Source: an uncultured Planctomycetaceae bacterium
Lineage (GTDB): Bacteria > Planctomycetota > Planctomycetia > Planctomycetales > Planctomycetaceae
Assembly (NCBI GenBank): GCA_963815195.1
Contig: CAWFGE010000018.1
Coordinates: 243,023 to 307,022 of the forward strand
Direction: 5' to 3'
Length of the DNA stretch: 64,000 nucleotides
Shown: positions 23,951-35,366 of the stretch, piece after piece
How the letters are laid out: every line of letters begins with the position of its first letter
How positions within the stretch are numbered: position 1 is the first letter of the stretch
Made by a program: the position numbers and the translations under genes
The notes under the pieces: model-generated
What the model was told of the DNA's origin: nothing
What the model saw: the letters and a program-made list of their open reading frames with translations, nothing else
Databases searched by the model: none

Positions 23951-26900
23951 CTATTTGGGAACGTCATTCTTCACGGCATTCCCTTCCCTGAGCCGTTGTT
24001 CCGCCTGCGGTTTGAGGTTGACGAACCGCGGCTGCCAGGTGCCGGCGGCGAGTTTTTCGTAAAGCTCCTGGGCGGCCTCATCCCGCTCGTTCTGGCGAAG
24101 GAACTCCGCGTGATCCCAGAGGATTTGGGCGTTGGTTTCTTCCGCGCTGAAAAGCTTGGGCAAAGGCCCGGTCCGCGAGATCGATCTTCTTTTGGCCGGC
24201 GAGTTCCTGAGCGAGTTCGAGCCACGGGGCCGACTCGTTCGGCTTGTCGGCGAGCGGCGTGGTGAGATAATCCCAAGCCAATTCGTTATCCCCAAGCTGA
24301 GCCAAAATTCTGGCCGCGGCCTGGCAGGGAGCGGACTCTTCGGGATCGAGCACTCGCCAGCGGTCGGCCACGCGAATGGCCCGTTGTTTAAGGTCGGCTT
24401 CGGGATCGGCCATGCCCGCAAGCGTGAGCATGCGTCCGAGCAAATTCCCGTAGTCGCCGCGGATCTTGGCGAGATTGATAAGGTCGGGGAGATCCTCGTA
24501 TTCCAGTTGCAAGGCCCGTTCCAGGCGGGCTACGGACAATGCTTCGTCATTTCGCTCCTGGGCAATCTCCGCCGCCTTCCGCCAGATCGCGGGCTGCTTG
24601 TTCCAGCCCTCGGCTTTCAGGAGCGGAGCGATCAAGCCCTCGGCCTTCGCGTATTGTTTTTGCTCCATCAAATGCCCCGCGGCCAACATCGCGGCGAACG
24701 GGTGCTTGTTGGGATCGAGATTCTCCAAAGCCGCCTGCATCAAGCTTTCGGAGGTCGCGTCTGTCTTGACCTGCGCAGCCAGGATCGTCAATTGCATCGC
24801 GGCAAAGCGTTGATCGTCTTTCAATAGCTTGGCTTCCAGGTCTTCCAGATACCGCGACCAGGCTTTGAGGCCGTCGTGATTCACAAAGGCGGTTCGCAGC
24901 GATTCATCGATCGGCGGCAGCTGGCCCCGATCGAAAAGCTCTTTCGACAACGCATTCAATTCTTGGATGGCTTCCGCCGTCTCGCCGTTGTCCGACCGCC
25001 AATACGCGGCCTGGAAGCGGGCGGTCATCGATAACCCCGGTTTGCCGGCGAACGCATCGGCCGCTTGGATATAGTCCGAAAGCCCCCTGGGATCGGTGTC
25101 GGTCGCCTGCATCAGGAGGAGCAAGCTCCAGGCCAACTGGGGCGACTGAAGTTTTTGGAGCGACTCCAAACCCCGCTGGCGTTCAATGCGGATTTCGATC
25201 ATCGAGCGGTTGTTGACGGCCCGCTTCGTTTGCCACTGGGCATACAAGTTGCGGGCCATTGCCAGCCGCTGGACAAATCCGTCCTCCGGGCCGTGGACGA
25301 TAAAGTCCTGGTTCGTATTGCCCGTATTGGCCCATTGGAAATGCTGAGCCAGGTATTCCGCGAGCGGCGACTTGGGATGCCGCTGCCTCAACTGGGCCGA
25401 GAAATCCGCAAAGCCGGTGTATTGATAGGCACTCGCCAGAAGGACGTACAAACCCAGCCGATGGTCTTCCCTGCCAAAGAACCGCTGTTGGAGGAGATTG
25501 GTCAGCATGCCGGGGTTGTACGTGGCGAAATAGCTGCCCAACAGATTCAACGCGGCCTCGTCTTTCAAGGTCCCAAACTGTTGGCTGTTGGCCAATTGTT
25601 GCTCGGCCGCGGTGAGAAAACTGACTTGGCTGCGGAGCGGCATGGACAGCACGACCAGATCTTTTTGTTCCGGCTTGAGGTTCGGAGCCTGCGCCGGCTT
25701 TCGTTGCCAGTGGGCCTGGGCGAGACGCTTGCCGTCTTTACCGAACATGTTGACGGTGCCGGTTTGATCGTAGGTGACGCGGAAGAGCGGTTTGTCAGAA
25801 TCGGCGATCATCCACCGCCGTTCCGCAAGCCCGCCGTCGTCGCCGAAGATCAGCAGCATGTAACGCCTCGGGGATGAGGATTTCTCATCGCCGGCTTCAT
25901 CTTGAAGCGGAACCACTGCGAGCGTATGCTCGTCGACGAATTTCACGTTCGATCCCACCGCCAAATCCTCGGCGGGGGGGACGAACCAGGGAATGAGTCG
26001 CTGAAGCTGCGCGATGGAACCGGCTTACACTCCGCTTGCCGCCGAGTCCCAGTTCTTTATAGAGATGCCAAAGACTCTCGCCGTCGCAGACCACTTCTTC
26101 CTTCAAGCCTTCCGAGACCGTGCGCTCATAAACATATCGGCCCTCTCCGTCAGCGCGGATCGTCAATGCCGGTTGGCCATCGGCTTTGGGCAGCGTGACG
26201 GCTTGCCAGCCGGCTTTCCGGCGCGGTCGATCAAAGCTTTCGCCTGCGGATCGACCTCGCCGCGCTTCGGCAGCAGCTTGGCCGGCCCTTGGGATTCTAA
26301 GAGCGTCAGAATATCCGACTGCAAAGTATTTAGCCCCGGCGCCTGAGCCAGCAAATCTCCAAACCGCCCCATCGACCAGTCAAAATTGACATTCAGCGGC
26401 CTCGCCCCGCCTTTCCGATCCCGCCCGAAGAAAGGCGTGTGTCGCTGTATTGGTGTCGCGAATCCTAAATTCCAAGATTGGGTTCCTGCTTTTCCCCATG
26501 TCAGCGTCTGGTAAGCAGAATTGAGATGGAATCGTTCACGATAACTATCGATTTCCGACTGATAAGCATCCTTGAGAAGCATCAATTGAGGATTGAGAAG
26601 GGCATCTCCAAAATTATTCACTTGATAGGCTGAGATAAAATCGAGTTGTGGCATTCCCAATCGGCCCAGGTTTGTGGGTTCGGCCATTGGGCCATTGAAA
26701 GTTCCATTTTGGATTCGCCTGTAGGCGTCGAAATCCCATTCGACCAAGTCACCACCGAAAACTTTGGGATTGAATCCTTTAATGTAGCCCCGAAGGCTGT
26801 CATTCCTTCCGTAGAACCGGCCATTGAAGGAATAAGAGTCAAACGGCACAGAGACTGTGTTTCCAAGAGCCGGGCGGATGAAGGAGACTCCCGCTTGTCC

Positions 26901-29900
26901 CGAATCTTGCCCGTGTTCGAGGACGAACCTGCCAGGGGTTTCGACGAAATTCTTCACGTCAAACCAGACATTGGGACCGGAAAAATTCCCGTAGGATCCC
27001 ATTGCGAATCGCCCCCTTTGGCTGCCACCCATGCTTTTGACATCACGCCGGGAGGCGGGACCGGAGAAATCCTCGCTCGGATACTGCACGCCGACAAAAT
27101 ACTGGTTGTAGCTCACCGGATCGATCCAGAACGCCGGGTATGCCATCGGCATCGCAATGGCACCCGTGTAAGCCTGCCAGGCATCGATGCCTTGCAGCAC
27201 CGAGTGCGCGCCGTTCGCCCAGCGGTAGGTGATCGGCGGCGTTCGCACGAGGATGGTTTTGAGCAAATCCTCGGCCGACTTCGCCCGCGTGTTTGAGGAG
27301 ATGAGCAGGGGAATCTTGCGGGAGCCGGGTTCGTAGACCACCGGAATCTTGGGCGGGCAGGGATACAAGGCCCAGTGGTCCTTGCGGCCGCGATCGACGT
27401 GGAACTGCTCGTACATCTGCTCGTTTTCCAAAACCAACAGCGACGTGAACGGCGACATCACGTACATGGCTTTGCTGAGCGCGATGATCTCCTGCTTGTG
27501 ATGCTCGGCTCCCTCGGCCACCAGGCGGTCGATCTCTAACCGGGCCCAGGTCCGCGGCAGATAGCCCGCGCCCTCGGCTATGTTTTCCACCGGAATCGTC
27601 TTCTCGAAATCCTCTCCCCCGAGCCGGCCTGTGATCGTTAATTTCTTGGGCAGGTCTTCTTTGGAACCGAGGCGGGTCAAGGCGCACAATTCCTCGCCTT
27701 GGGCCAAGGTCTCCGCGAATTTGAGGAAGCGGTGTTTGTCCCCTTCGTCTTTGACTTTCACTTGCTCGAGCCGGGGCGTGTTTAATAGCGACAAGAGTTC
27801 AAACGCCCGCCAGCCGACTGGCTCGTCGGGGTTGATCTGCGTGATGCAGCCGCCCGTGCGGTTGGCGGCGGCTTTCATGAACGTATTCGACCACCGCTTG
27901 CCCACGCCGACGCCGACGTATTTTGTTTTGGCGGGAATCTGCTGGAGCAGCGGTTCGGTTTCCTTCTCGCCCAACACCGGAATGCCCGCCCCCAAATGCA
28001 CGAGGCAGGTTTCCGTATCGGCGGTTGTTGTCTTTGATTTCAAGAACGGCCCGCACGCGGCAAGGGCTTTTTCCAAATCGAGCGCCCCGACCAGATGGAC
28101 TTCGTTCAAATGTTTGACGGCCGCTTCGATGTTCTCCGCGGTGCAAGGAACCGGTTCCGTTTTCCAAGTCTGGGAGCGCGTGGCGGCGGTGACGATCGAA
28201 AACCGGTCGCTGTGCTCGGCATTCTTTAAGAGCGTTTCCAGCACATCGATCTGCACGCGGGCCAACAGCGAATCCCGATTGCCCGCCGACTCGAACAGGA
28301 ACACCCAGTTCCGCGGCCGGCGTTTTAGCTCGCCTTGGAGATCCGGCCGATAGCGGAGCATCAAATACTGCTGCCCATCTTGTTCCATTCGCGAGAAACG
28401 GACCCTATGGCGGGTGTCCTCGGCGAACGGATCCTCCAGTTCGAGCAATAGGTCCCGGTCGTCAATCACGCCGGTGGCGGAAGCTTCCAGGATCAAATCC
28501 TCGCCCTCGGCCTGGCTTTTCAGTTGATGCGACGAACTCTTCCAGGTCTGGCCGACGTGATTTTTCACCCGGATTTGTGTGGACCAATCGCGGATCAGTT
28601 CCAGGCTATGCCCGGCGGGAAAGCGGTAGTGCACTTTGCCGTACGCCACGGGCAGCCGTTGGGTGTAGCTGAGGACGATGCGTTTTTCCTGGCGGGCTTC
28701 CAAAGGGAACACCCGCATCTTGAAGGTGCTGCCGTCCACCCATTCGAGCAATGCGGGGTCGCGGCGGGTGTAGCGGATTTGCTCGAAGACGTTGCGGGCA
28801 TGATCGCGTTCGGCCATGCCGCCTTCCATCAGGTTCTCGCCGACGTACATCGCCAGCCGGGACAGCGAAGCATCCGCCGGCAGCGGGAAATAAAACGTGC
28901 CCTCCATCTGGCTCCAACTGGCGTTGAAATACGTCTGATCGATCGTCGTGCGGGCGAAGCCGTCTTCGATGTGCACATCGATGTGCTGCTTGCGGAGCGA
29001 AAGCTGCATTTCCTGACCGGCGGGATCGACCGCGACCAGCGCCCCGCCCGCGTGTTCGCTTTTGGGAATCAGCGGCGACTCGGCCGCGGCCATGAGTTCC
29101 TTCGTCCATAACAAGGCTTCCGAAGCCCGCGGCGCGGGAAGCCGCTCGGCTTTCTTGAGCAGCTGACCGGCGGTGAGCGGTTCCTCGACGCCGGTGACTT
29201 TGACTTTCCCCTGCGTGACCAACACATCGGTGTCGGCGCGGTGGGCTTTGACGGCGAACTTCGTCCCCAAAGCCGTGATCTTCCGCTGCGGAGTTTCCAC
29301 CACGAAGGCGGTTTTCGATTCGGTCAACTCCCAGGGCACGACTTCCACGAAGACTTCCCCGGACGAAACCTTCAATCGGCGGGCCGATGTCGACCTGCAC
29401 GGTCGTGTTCTCATTCAGATAAACCACCGAACCGTCCGGCAGCGAGATTCGCTTTCGCTCGAAGGGTTTGGTTTCGATCACCGAACCCACGTGGACTTCC
29501 TCGGCTGGGGCGGGGCGGGTTTTTTCGCGGCGGTGAGTTGCTTAAACGGATGAAACTCCACCGCGGCGACCGGGGCCGGTTTGGGAGAATCCTTCACGTC
29601 GGCATCGCGGTCTGAGTTCAAGAACAACACCGCGACGGCGAGCAGCAGAAGTCCCGCCAGCACGACCGCCGAACCGGATCCCGCCCGGTGGGAACGCCGA
29701 GGATTGGGCTTGGGCGATCCTAGTTGCCGGGGGAACTCGCGGCGGCGGATTGTTGAGGCGAACGCATCGTGGGCCGGGGTATGAGTCGCCATCGTGGAAG
29801 CCTCCCATTGGCGGATGAGGTGTTGGGCTTTTTGCAGAATGTGATCGTGCTTGGAATCCGCAAGCGGTTCGCTCGCGGCGGAATCCAACAGGCGTTCCAA

Positions 29901-29993
29901 TTCGGAATCGCTGAGTTGGTCCCAATCGGGCGAACTCAAAGCCTCGGCCATCAGCCGGGCCATTTTGGAAAAATCAGGCGAAGAGTCGCTCAT
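23951..29993 (-). CDS. Giant (~2,000 aa) FecR-VIT-vWA-TPR domain protein, putative anti-sigma factor; five apparent frameshifts (about 29510, 29385, 26220, 26000, 24150)
   Basis: Consecutive ORF fragments join into one protein. TM (AVVLAGLLLLAVAVLFL); FecR (LPDGSVVYLN, GEVFVEV, ALGTKFAV, VTQGKV); VIT (HIDVHIEDGFARTTIDQTYFN...EGTFYFPLP...RDPALLEW...FKMRVFPL); vWA-like core ending in SPFTSLLVLE; C-terminal TPR-like helices. Confidence 0.82.
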
Positions 29994-30035
29994 GTCAAAT
30001 CTCGGACGCAACAGGTTTGGTCATTGGGGCTTTTT

Positions 30036-30659
30036 TCAGTCGGGAACATCGTGCCCGCGCTGGCGGAGTTCCTTGCGGACTTTTTCGATCGCCCGTTTGC
30101 GGTACACGGGGACTGCGGTCGCGGGGATGTCCAGTTCCGCGGCCAGGAATTCGCTCGAGGCCACGCGGTCGCGGGAGAGGGCGTCGGCAAGCAGGATCCG
30201 CCGCTGCGTCTCCGGCAGGTCCGCGAGAATCTCCCGCAGGTCGCTGTGAGACGGGTGATCCAGCAGGCTCGTTGCAGGGGGTTCGCTGGAGTGATCCGCG
30301 CGGCCGTTTTTTCGCGGGTCGGCGTGTTCCGCGAGGCGGGGCGGATCGGTCGAGACTTCCCGCCGGCGGGCTTTGTACCAGCCGAACTTGAGCACGTCCC
30401 GGGCCGCGTTCTCGGCGATCCGCAAAAACCAAACTCGCAAGGACGACTTCCGCGCATCGTAATTCTCTCGGGCTTGCCACAGCCGAAACAGGGCGATCGA
30501 CAGGACATCGTCGATGTCCGAGGCATTCAACACCCCGTGAAAGCGAGCGCGGAGCACCGCCCCGACCGAAGGCCCGTACAGGCGGAGAATCTCCGCGAGC
30601 GACTGATCCTCCGCGGCCCGCAGACGCTCTCCCAAATCGGGTTGTTGGGTCAACGACAT
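30036..30659 (-). CDS. ECF-type sigma-70 factor
   Basis: Region 2 (DIDDVLSIALFRLW...LRVWFLRIAENAARD) and region 4 (LADLPETQRRIL...LAAELDIP...YRKRAIEKVR). Confidence 0.88.
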   Translation of the reverse strand: MSLTQQPDLGERLRAAEDQSLAEILRLYGPSVGAVLRARFHGVLNASDIDDVLSIALFRLWQARENYDARKSSLRVWFLRIAENAARDVLKFGWYKARRREVSTDPPRLAEHADPRKNGRADHSSEPPATSLLDHPSHSDLREILADLPETQRRILLADALSRDRVASSEFLAAELDIPATAVPVYRKRAIEKVRKELRQRGHDVPD

Positions 30660-30854
30660 CCCGCGTGGTTCTTTCTGAAAAGCCCCCGCCGCGGGAATGC
30701 TGCAAAGCGTGGCGGGGTTCAATAGCAATTACGAACCACGATTACAGAATCTCCGCCGCCGGTCAATTTTGCGCCCGATCTCGGCCGCTGTTTGCGGCAC
30801 GGCGTTACCTACGAACGCCCGGCGGCTGATGAAGCTAAGGACGCCATTTTCGTC

Positions 30855-31211
30855 CTACGTGAATTCCCGGCTGGCTTCGAGCAGCCGGCCCCATTCCTCC
30901 ACGCAGGCATCCGTGGAAATCACCGCCTGTTGAAAGTTCGTGTGCGCGGAGGCTTGCGGAGCGTCGATGCGGAACTGGTCGGCGGCGCGGCGAAGCTTGC
31001 CGAGCTTTTTTTCCAGCATGCGAAAGTAAGCCGGCGGATCGCTCGCGCGGGATTCCAAAGCCATCGCCGAGTCAAACACCGCGCGGGCGATGCCCATCAA
31101 TTCGGGAAAATCCTCGACTTCGTCCGAATGTTTGATAAATGTCCGCACCATCCACGCGTGCGCGAACACCTTTTGGCTTCGGTCGACGAGTTCCTCGAGA
31201 GATGCGGACAT
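30855..31211 (-). CDS. Hypothetical protein (planctomycete-type helical protein)
   Basis: Clean ORF with genome-typical codon use, co-oriented with apt; HAWMVRTFIKHS and HTNFQQA motifs. Confidence 0.7.
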   Translation of the reverse strand: MSASLEELVDRSQKVFAHAWMVRTFIKHSDEVEDFPELMGIARAVFDSAMALESRASDPPAYFRMLEKKLGKLRRAADQFRIDAPQASAHTNFQQAVISTDACVEEWGRLLEASREFT

Positions 31212-31279
31212 ATTTGGAATCTCTTGGCGAAAGTGCGGGCAGCGAGCGCGGCGTCGCTGTGCGGCCTTTGCTCCTGATT

Positions 31280-31813
31280 TTACTCGGTATCGTAATGGAC
31301 CAGGGAATAAACATCGTAGGGCCGAAGACGCTCCCGGCCGTTGAGGAAATCCAACTCGATCACAAAGGCGCAGCCGACGACATTGGCTCCGGCGCGCTCG
31401 GCGATGCGGATGCAGGCTTCCATCGTCCCGCCGGTCGCGAGCAGGTCGTCCACCAACAGCACGTTGTCCCCCGCCTGTAGGGCGTCTGTGTGCATTTCCA
31501 GCGTGTCGGTTCCGTATTCCAATTCATAATGGAACGCGTGCGTCTCGAACGGCAGTTTGCCGGGCTTGCGGACCGGGATAAAACCGGCGCCCAGTTTCAA
31601 TGCCAACGGGGCCGCGAAAATGAACCCCCGCGCCTCGGCGGCGATCACGTCGGTCACGTTGCGGTCCGCGAAGTGCTCGGCCAACAAATCGATCACGTGC
31701 CCAAACGCCGCGGGATTCGCGAGCAGGGTGGTGATGTCGCGAAACATGATCCCCGGTTTCGGGAAATCCGGGATGCTGCGAATGTGCTCTTTGATGTCGA
31801 TTTTTGGAGACAT
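31280..31813 (-). CDS. apt: Adenine phosphoribosyltransferase
   Basis: [42 protein letters not shown]. Confidence 0.97.
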   Translation of the reverse strand: MSPKIDIKEHIRSIPDFPKPGIMFRDITTLLANPAAFGHVIDLLAEHFADRNVTDVIAAEARGFIFAAPLALKLGAGFIPVRKPGKLPFETHAFHYELEYGTDTLEMHTDALQAGDNVLLVDDLLATGGTMEACIRIAERAGANVVGCAFVIELDFLNGRERLRPYDVYSLVHYDTE

Positions 31814-31851
31814 AAACGGCTCATTGTCTTTCGGAAAGAGAATGGCATTCG

Positions 31852-33483
31852 TTAAAGCGGGGTTCGGTCCGAGGCGGGCTTGGGCGCATCGACTTTGGCG
31901 GCGGGAACGCCCCCGGAACTCGCCCCCTCCTTGCCGCCCAGGAATTCCCGCGCTTTGGAGACTTCTTCCTTGCAGTTGGGATGATCGGCGTAAAGGTCCA
32001 CAATCGTCCGCCAAATCTGCCTCGCTTCGGTCACGCATTTTTTTTGCCTCAACTCCTCGGCGGAATACAAGAGTTGCCGGGCGATGGCTTTTGGCTGATC
32101 GATCTTGTTCCGCGCGTCCTTCACGTCGTGAAGATCGTCGAGGGCGTTGTTCACGGCTTCCTTCAGATCCGCATATTTCTCCTTTTCCCCGAAACTCGCG
32201 ATGAGCCGGTTCAGGCTAAATAAAACCCGTTCGGCCTTGGCGATGTCGCCGGTGTCCAAAGCGTGGATCGCCTGCCGCAAGAGCGGATCGGTCGGATCGA
32301 GTGCCGAGGTTTTGAGCTGCATTTCGAGATTTTTTTGAGCTTGCGTCAACAGGCGGACTTCCTCGATTCGTTTTTCGTTGGCGGGTTCGTCCGGGCCGGG
32401 ATGGCCCGCCATCTGGAACCAGGCCACGCCGCCGAGAATCAAGATCGCGAACAACCCCACGAGGACCCAGGTGTTGTCGAAGAACCGGGAAACCGGCGAA
32501 CCGGCCTGGGTTTGCTCGACTTCCGCCCGGACCAGATCCCGCATCAGCGTGCCGCCGACCTGTCCCTGCGGCTGGATCGATTCGTCCTTGAGCACGATGG
32601 TCGCCGAGCTTCCTTCTCTGGGCGTTTGGCCGTGCGCGATTCGGGTTTCCTCTTGATTGGCGACATCGGCCCGGCGGACGATTTCCTCGAGCTTCCGCGC
32701 GAGGACCAAGGCATCGGGGAATCGCTTGTCCGGATCCTTGTGCAAAAGCTGGCAGACGGTTTGTTCCAGCCGGCGGGGAATGCCTTCGACAAATCGGCTG
32801 GGCCGGTCGAACTGGCCGTATTTGTGTTTTTGAATGACTTCGAGCGTCGTCTTTCCCACGAAGGGCGGACGGCCGGTGAGCATTGTAAACATCACCGCCC
32901 CCAACGAATACAGATCGCTTTTCTTCGTGGCCCGCCGCCCTTGCGCTTGCTCGGGCGACATGTACTCGGCGGTGCCGATGATCCCGCCCGTCACCGTCAA
33001 TCGGCCCGCGGCGAACACCTGGGCCACGCCGAAGTCGGTGAGCTTGATGTTGTTGTCCTTGTCCAAGAGCAGATTGGAAGGTTTGAGATCGCGATGCACG
33101 ATCCCGGCATCGTGGGCGGCTTTGAGGGCCGAGCAAATCTGCAACGAATGCCTGACCACATCCCGCCAGGGCAGGCGTTTGTCCCGGCGGAGGCGGTCGG
33201 TCAGCGTTTCGCCTTCGACGTATTCCATGGCATAGTAGTAGGTGCTGCCGTCCACGCCGCTGTCCAAGAGGGCCACGACGTGAGGATTCACAAGCTTTCG
33301 CAGCGATTCGATTTCCCGTTCGAAGCGGACGACGAAGCCTTCTTCGCGCGCGAGTTCCGGCGGCAGCACCTTCAGGGCCACATCCTGGCCGGTCTCGGCG
33401 TGCTGGGCGAGATAGACCGTCCCCATTCCGCCGCTGCCGATTTTTTGATCGATGATGTAAGGCCCGATGCGTTCCAAATCCAT
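31852..33483 (-). CDS. Membrane-anchored Ser/Thr protein kinase
   Basis: [26 protein letters not shown] motifs and one TM helix. Confidence 0.95.
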   Translation of the reverse strand: MDLERIGPYIIDQKIGSGGMGTVYLAQHAETGQDVALKVLPPELAREEGFVVRFEREIESLRKLVNPHVVALLDSGVDGSTYYYAMEYVEGETLTDRLRRDKRLPWRDVVRHSLQICSALKAAHDAGIVHRDLKPSNLLLDKDNNIKLTDFGVAQVFAAGRLTVTGGIIGTAEYMSPEQAQGRRATKKSDLYSLGAVMFTMLTGRPPFVGKTTLEVIQKHKYGQFDRPSRFVEGIPRRLEQTVCQLLHKDPDKRFPDALVLARKLEEIVRRADVANQEETRIAHGQTPREGSSATIVLKDESIQPQGQVGGTLMRDLVRAEVEQTQAGSPVSRFFDNTWVLVGLFAILILGGVAWFQMAGHPGPDEPANEKRIEEVRLLTQAQKNLEMQLKTSALDPTDPLLRQAIHALDTGDIAKAERVLFSLNRLIASFGEKEKYADLKEAVNNALDDLHDVKDARNKIDQPKAIARQLLYSAEELRQKKCVTEARQIWRTIVDLYADHPNCKEEVSKAREFLGGKEGASSGGVPAAKVDAPKPASDRTPL

Positions 33484-33712
33484 CGGCGTGCTCGCGACGT
33501 GTAAAGAAAACGGACATGCAAAACCTGGCCAATCCTCGGGAATGGTTGGCGTTTCGAGTGTATGCCGGAACAATTCGCGGGGTCAATCGTGTCTTCGCCA
33601 TTCCGCCCTTCCACGCCGTGTCTCACAGAGGGCATTTTTAAATGCGGGCAAGTCCAGAACTTGGGAAAAGTACCGGCGGCTGATACATGCGAGAATGACT
33701 CCGCCAGCGGCC

Positions 33713-34606
33713 CTAGTCCGCGTCGCCGGTCTCTGAATCCCGCGAGACGTCCTCATGTTGGGAGAAGTCCGGCGGCTTGGCGTAGAACTGGCTGAGATCC
33801 ATTTTGTCCTGCGTCTCCATTTCCAGGATCTTGATTCGCTGCTCGAGCCGCTTGAGCCGTTCTTCGAGGGCCGGGTGAATCGCCGGGTTGTCGTCGCGCC
33901 GCTTTTGCCGGGGGACCGCGGGATAATCCAGTTGCCGCTGGAGGGCGGCGAACATGTAGAGCGGATCTTTGCCGCGGTTGGCTTTGGCGATCCGGCCTTC
34001 CTGGACGCCGAAGAACAGCGGATAAGGCAAGGTGAATCGCTCGTCCCGCTTTCGCCGGCGATGCTCCTGCTGAAAATGTTCCGACCGGCGGTAGATCAAC
34101 TCGGAAAACTCGACCGCCCCGAGTTCCCGCCGGAGTTGGCGGATCCACGCCCGCCAATCCTCATCGTACATCGGATCGGACGCGATCGCTTCCAGCCCGC
34201 GGTCGTAGCCCAGGCGATTCCGGGCCAGACATTCGAACTGATATACGAACAACCCCGCCTCGGTGGGGGACTGGGTGAGATATCCGGCTTCGTGCTCCAG
34301 GATTTTGAACGCGATCACCTGATCGAACCGGCCGCGCTCCGCCTCGGCACACTCCATCACGAAGGTTTGGAACTTCGTGAAGTAGTGCGGCAAATGGCCC
34401 ATGCCCGCGCTGAGCTTGCCGGAGTGTTTGACCTCGTCCTTGAGCAAATCGATCGCCATCGGCAGGCGGGTCGTGGCCAAAACTTCCTCGCGAATCGCCG
34501 CCAGGATTTCCTGCGAGGGGGCATTCGCCTCCAAGCGTTCGCGGTACACGCGAAAGAAATACGCCTGCTCGACGTATTCTTCGCGATCCAATCGAGGGGT
34601 GGACAT
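33713..34606 (-). CDS. Conserved hypothetical protein
   Basis: Long ORF with protein-like composition (LDREEYVEQAYFF, ANRGKDPLYMFAALQRQL); function not recognised. Confidence 0.75.
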   Translation of the reverse strand: MSTPRLDREEYVEQAYFFRVYRERLEANAPSQEILAAIREEVLATTRLPMAIDLLKDEVKHSGKLSAGMGHLPHYFTKFQTFVMECAEAERGRFDQVIAFKILEHEAGYLTQSPTEAGLFVYQFECLARNRLGYDRGLEAIASDPMYDEDWRAWIRQLRRELGAVEFSELIYRRSEHFQQEHRRRKRDERFTLPYPLFFGVQEGRIAKANRGKDPLYMFAALQRQLDYPAVPRQKRRDDNPAIHPALEERLKRLEQRIKILEMETQDKMDLSQFYAKPPDFSQHEDVSRDSETGDAD

Positions 34607-34970
34607 GGCGGCGGGACTCTTCGCGAAACTCCGAAGAAAAGCGGGAGCAAAGGCCAAACAAGCGTCGCTTGGGCTCTTGTTCGATCATATCCGCTCGCAA
34701 CCGCCGCCGCCACTAATTTCGAAGTCCTCGAGCGGCACCGGCCTGGAGTTTTTCCGGTTCTTCCTTTGGACCGGTTGGGACCCCTCCCGGCCGGCGGACG
34801 TTTGCCCAATCGTTAAAAGTCCGGCGGCCCGAGGCGGTTTGGGCGGCGGGCCGATTTCCGGGAATCGGTTCTTTTGCCGACAATGTTTTGCCGGTAACAT
34901 GGAGCGTGCCCCGCCGATGTATCGGCGGCCGATCCATGCATTCCTTTCAAACCGCACGAGTGGTCTTGCC

Positions 34971-35348
34971 ATGCAGAATTTCACCGCGGATCCGCATTTG
35001 GAAGCCTCCGAACTGTTCACGAAACGCACGTTTCGCGCACTGCGCCGGAAACTGCCGCGGGTCTCGTTCGGAACGCGCGCGGGGCTCGTGATTCTGTTAA
35101 GCCATTTGCTCGACCAAAGCGCCAGGCACGCCGGGGCCGAGCGCTGGTTCCGCTGCACTGAAGACGCCTTGGCGACGGATCTTGGAATGTCGCCCCCCGT
35201 GCAGCAGCGGTTGATCGCATTGCTGACCGGGCTCGGCTACATTGAAACGAAGCACATCGGCGAGCGCTCGCCGATCCGCTATCTGCGGGCGAATCTGGAC
35301 CTCATCGAACGCGACGTCCTCGCCGAGACCGCCCCGACGGAACCTTGA
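34971..35348 (+). CDS. Small winged-helix DNA-binding protein (hypothetical)
   Basis: WFRCTEDALATDLGMSPPVQQRLIALLTGLGYIETK resembles a wHTH; ends just before the sulfatase RBS. Confidence 0.55.
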   Translation: MQNFTADPHLEASELFTKRTFRALRRKLPRVSFGTRAGLVILLSHLLDQSARHAGAERWFRCTEDALATDLGMSPPVQQRLIALLTGLGYIETKHIGERSPIRYLRANLDLIERDVLAETAPTEP

Positions 35349-35366
35349 ACAACCAGAGGAGAACCT

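Noticed and set aside
26380..27050. Diversity-generating retroelement variable region or intein
   Set aside because: No template repeat or reverse transcriptase in the window, and no intein terminal motifs seen.
23951..29993. Programmed frameshifting or true pseudogene
   Set aside because: Similar indels occur in unrelated genes across the window and no consistent slippery motif is seen; sequencing error is more parsimonious.
30660..30850. Autoregulatory ECF promoter upstream of the sigma gene
   Set aside because: No convincing -35/-10 pair could be identified by eye.
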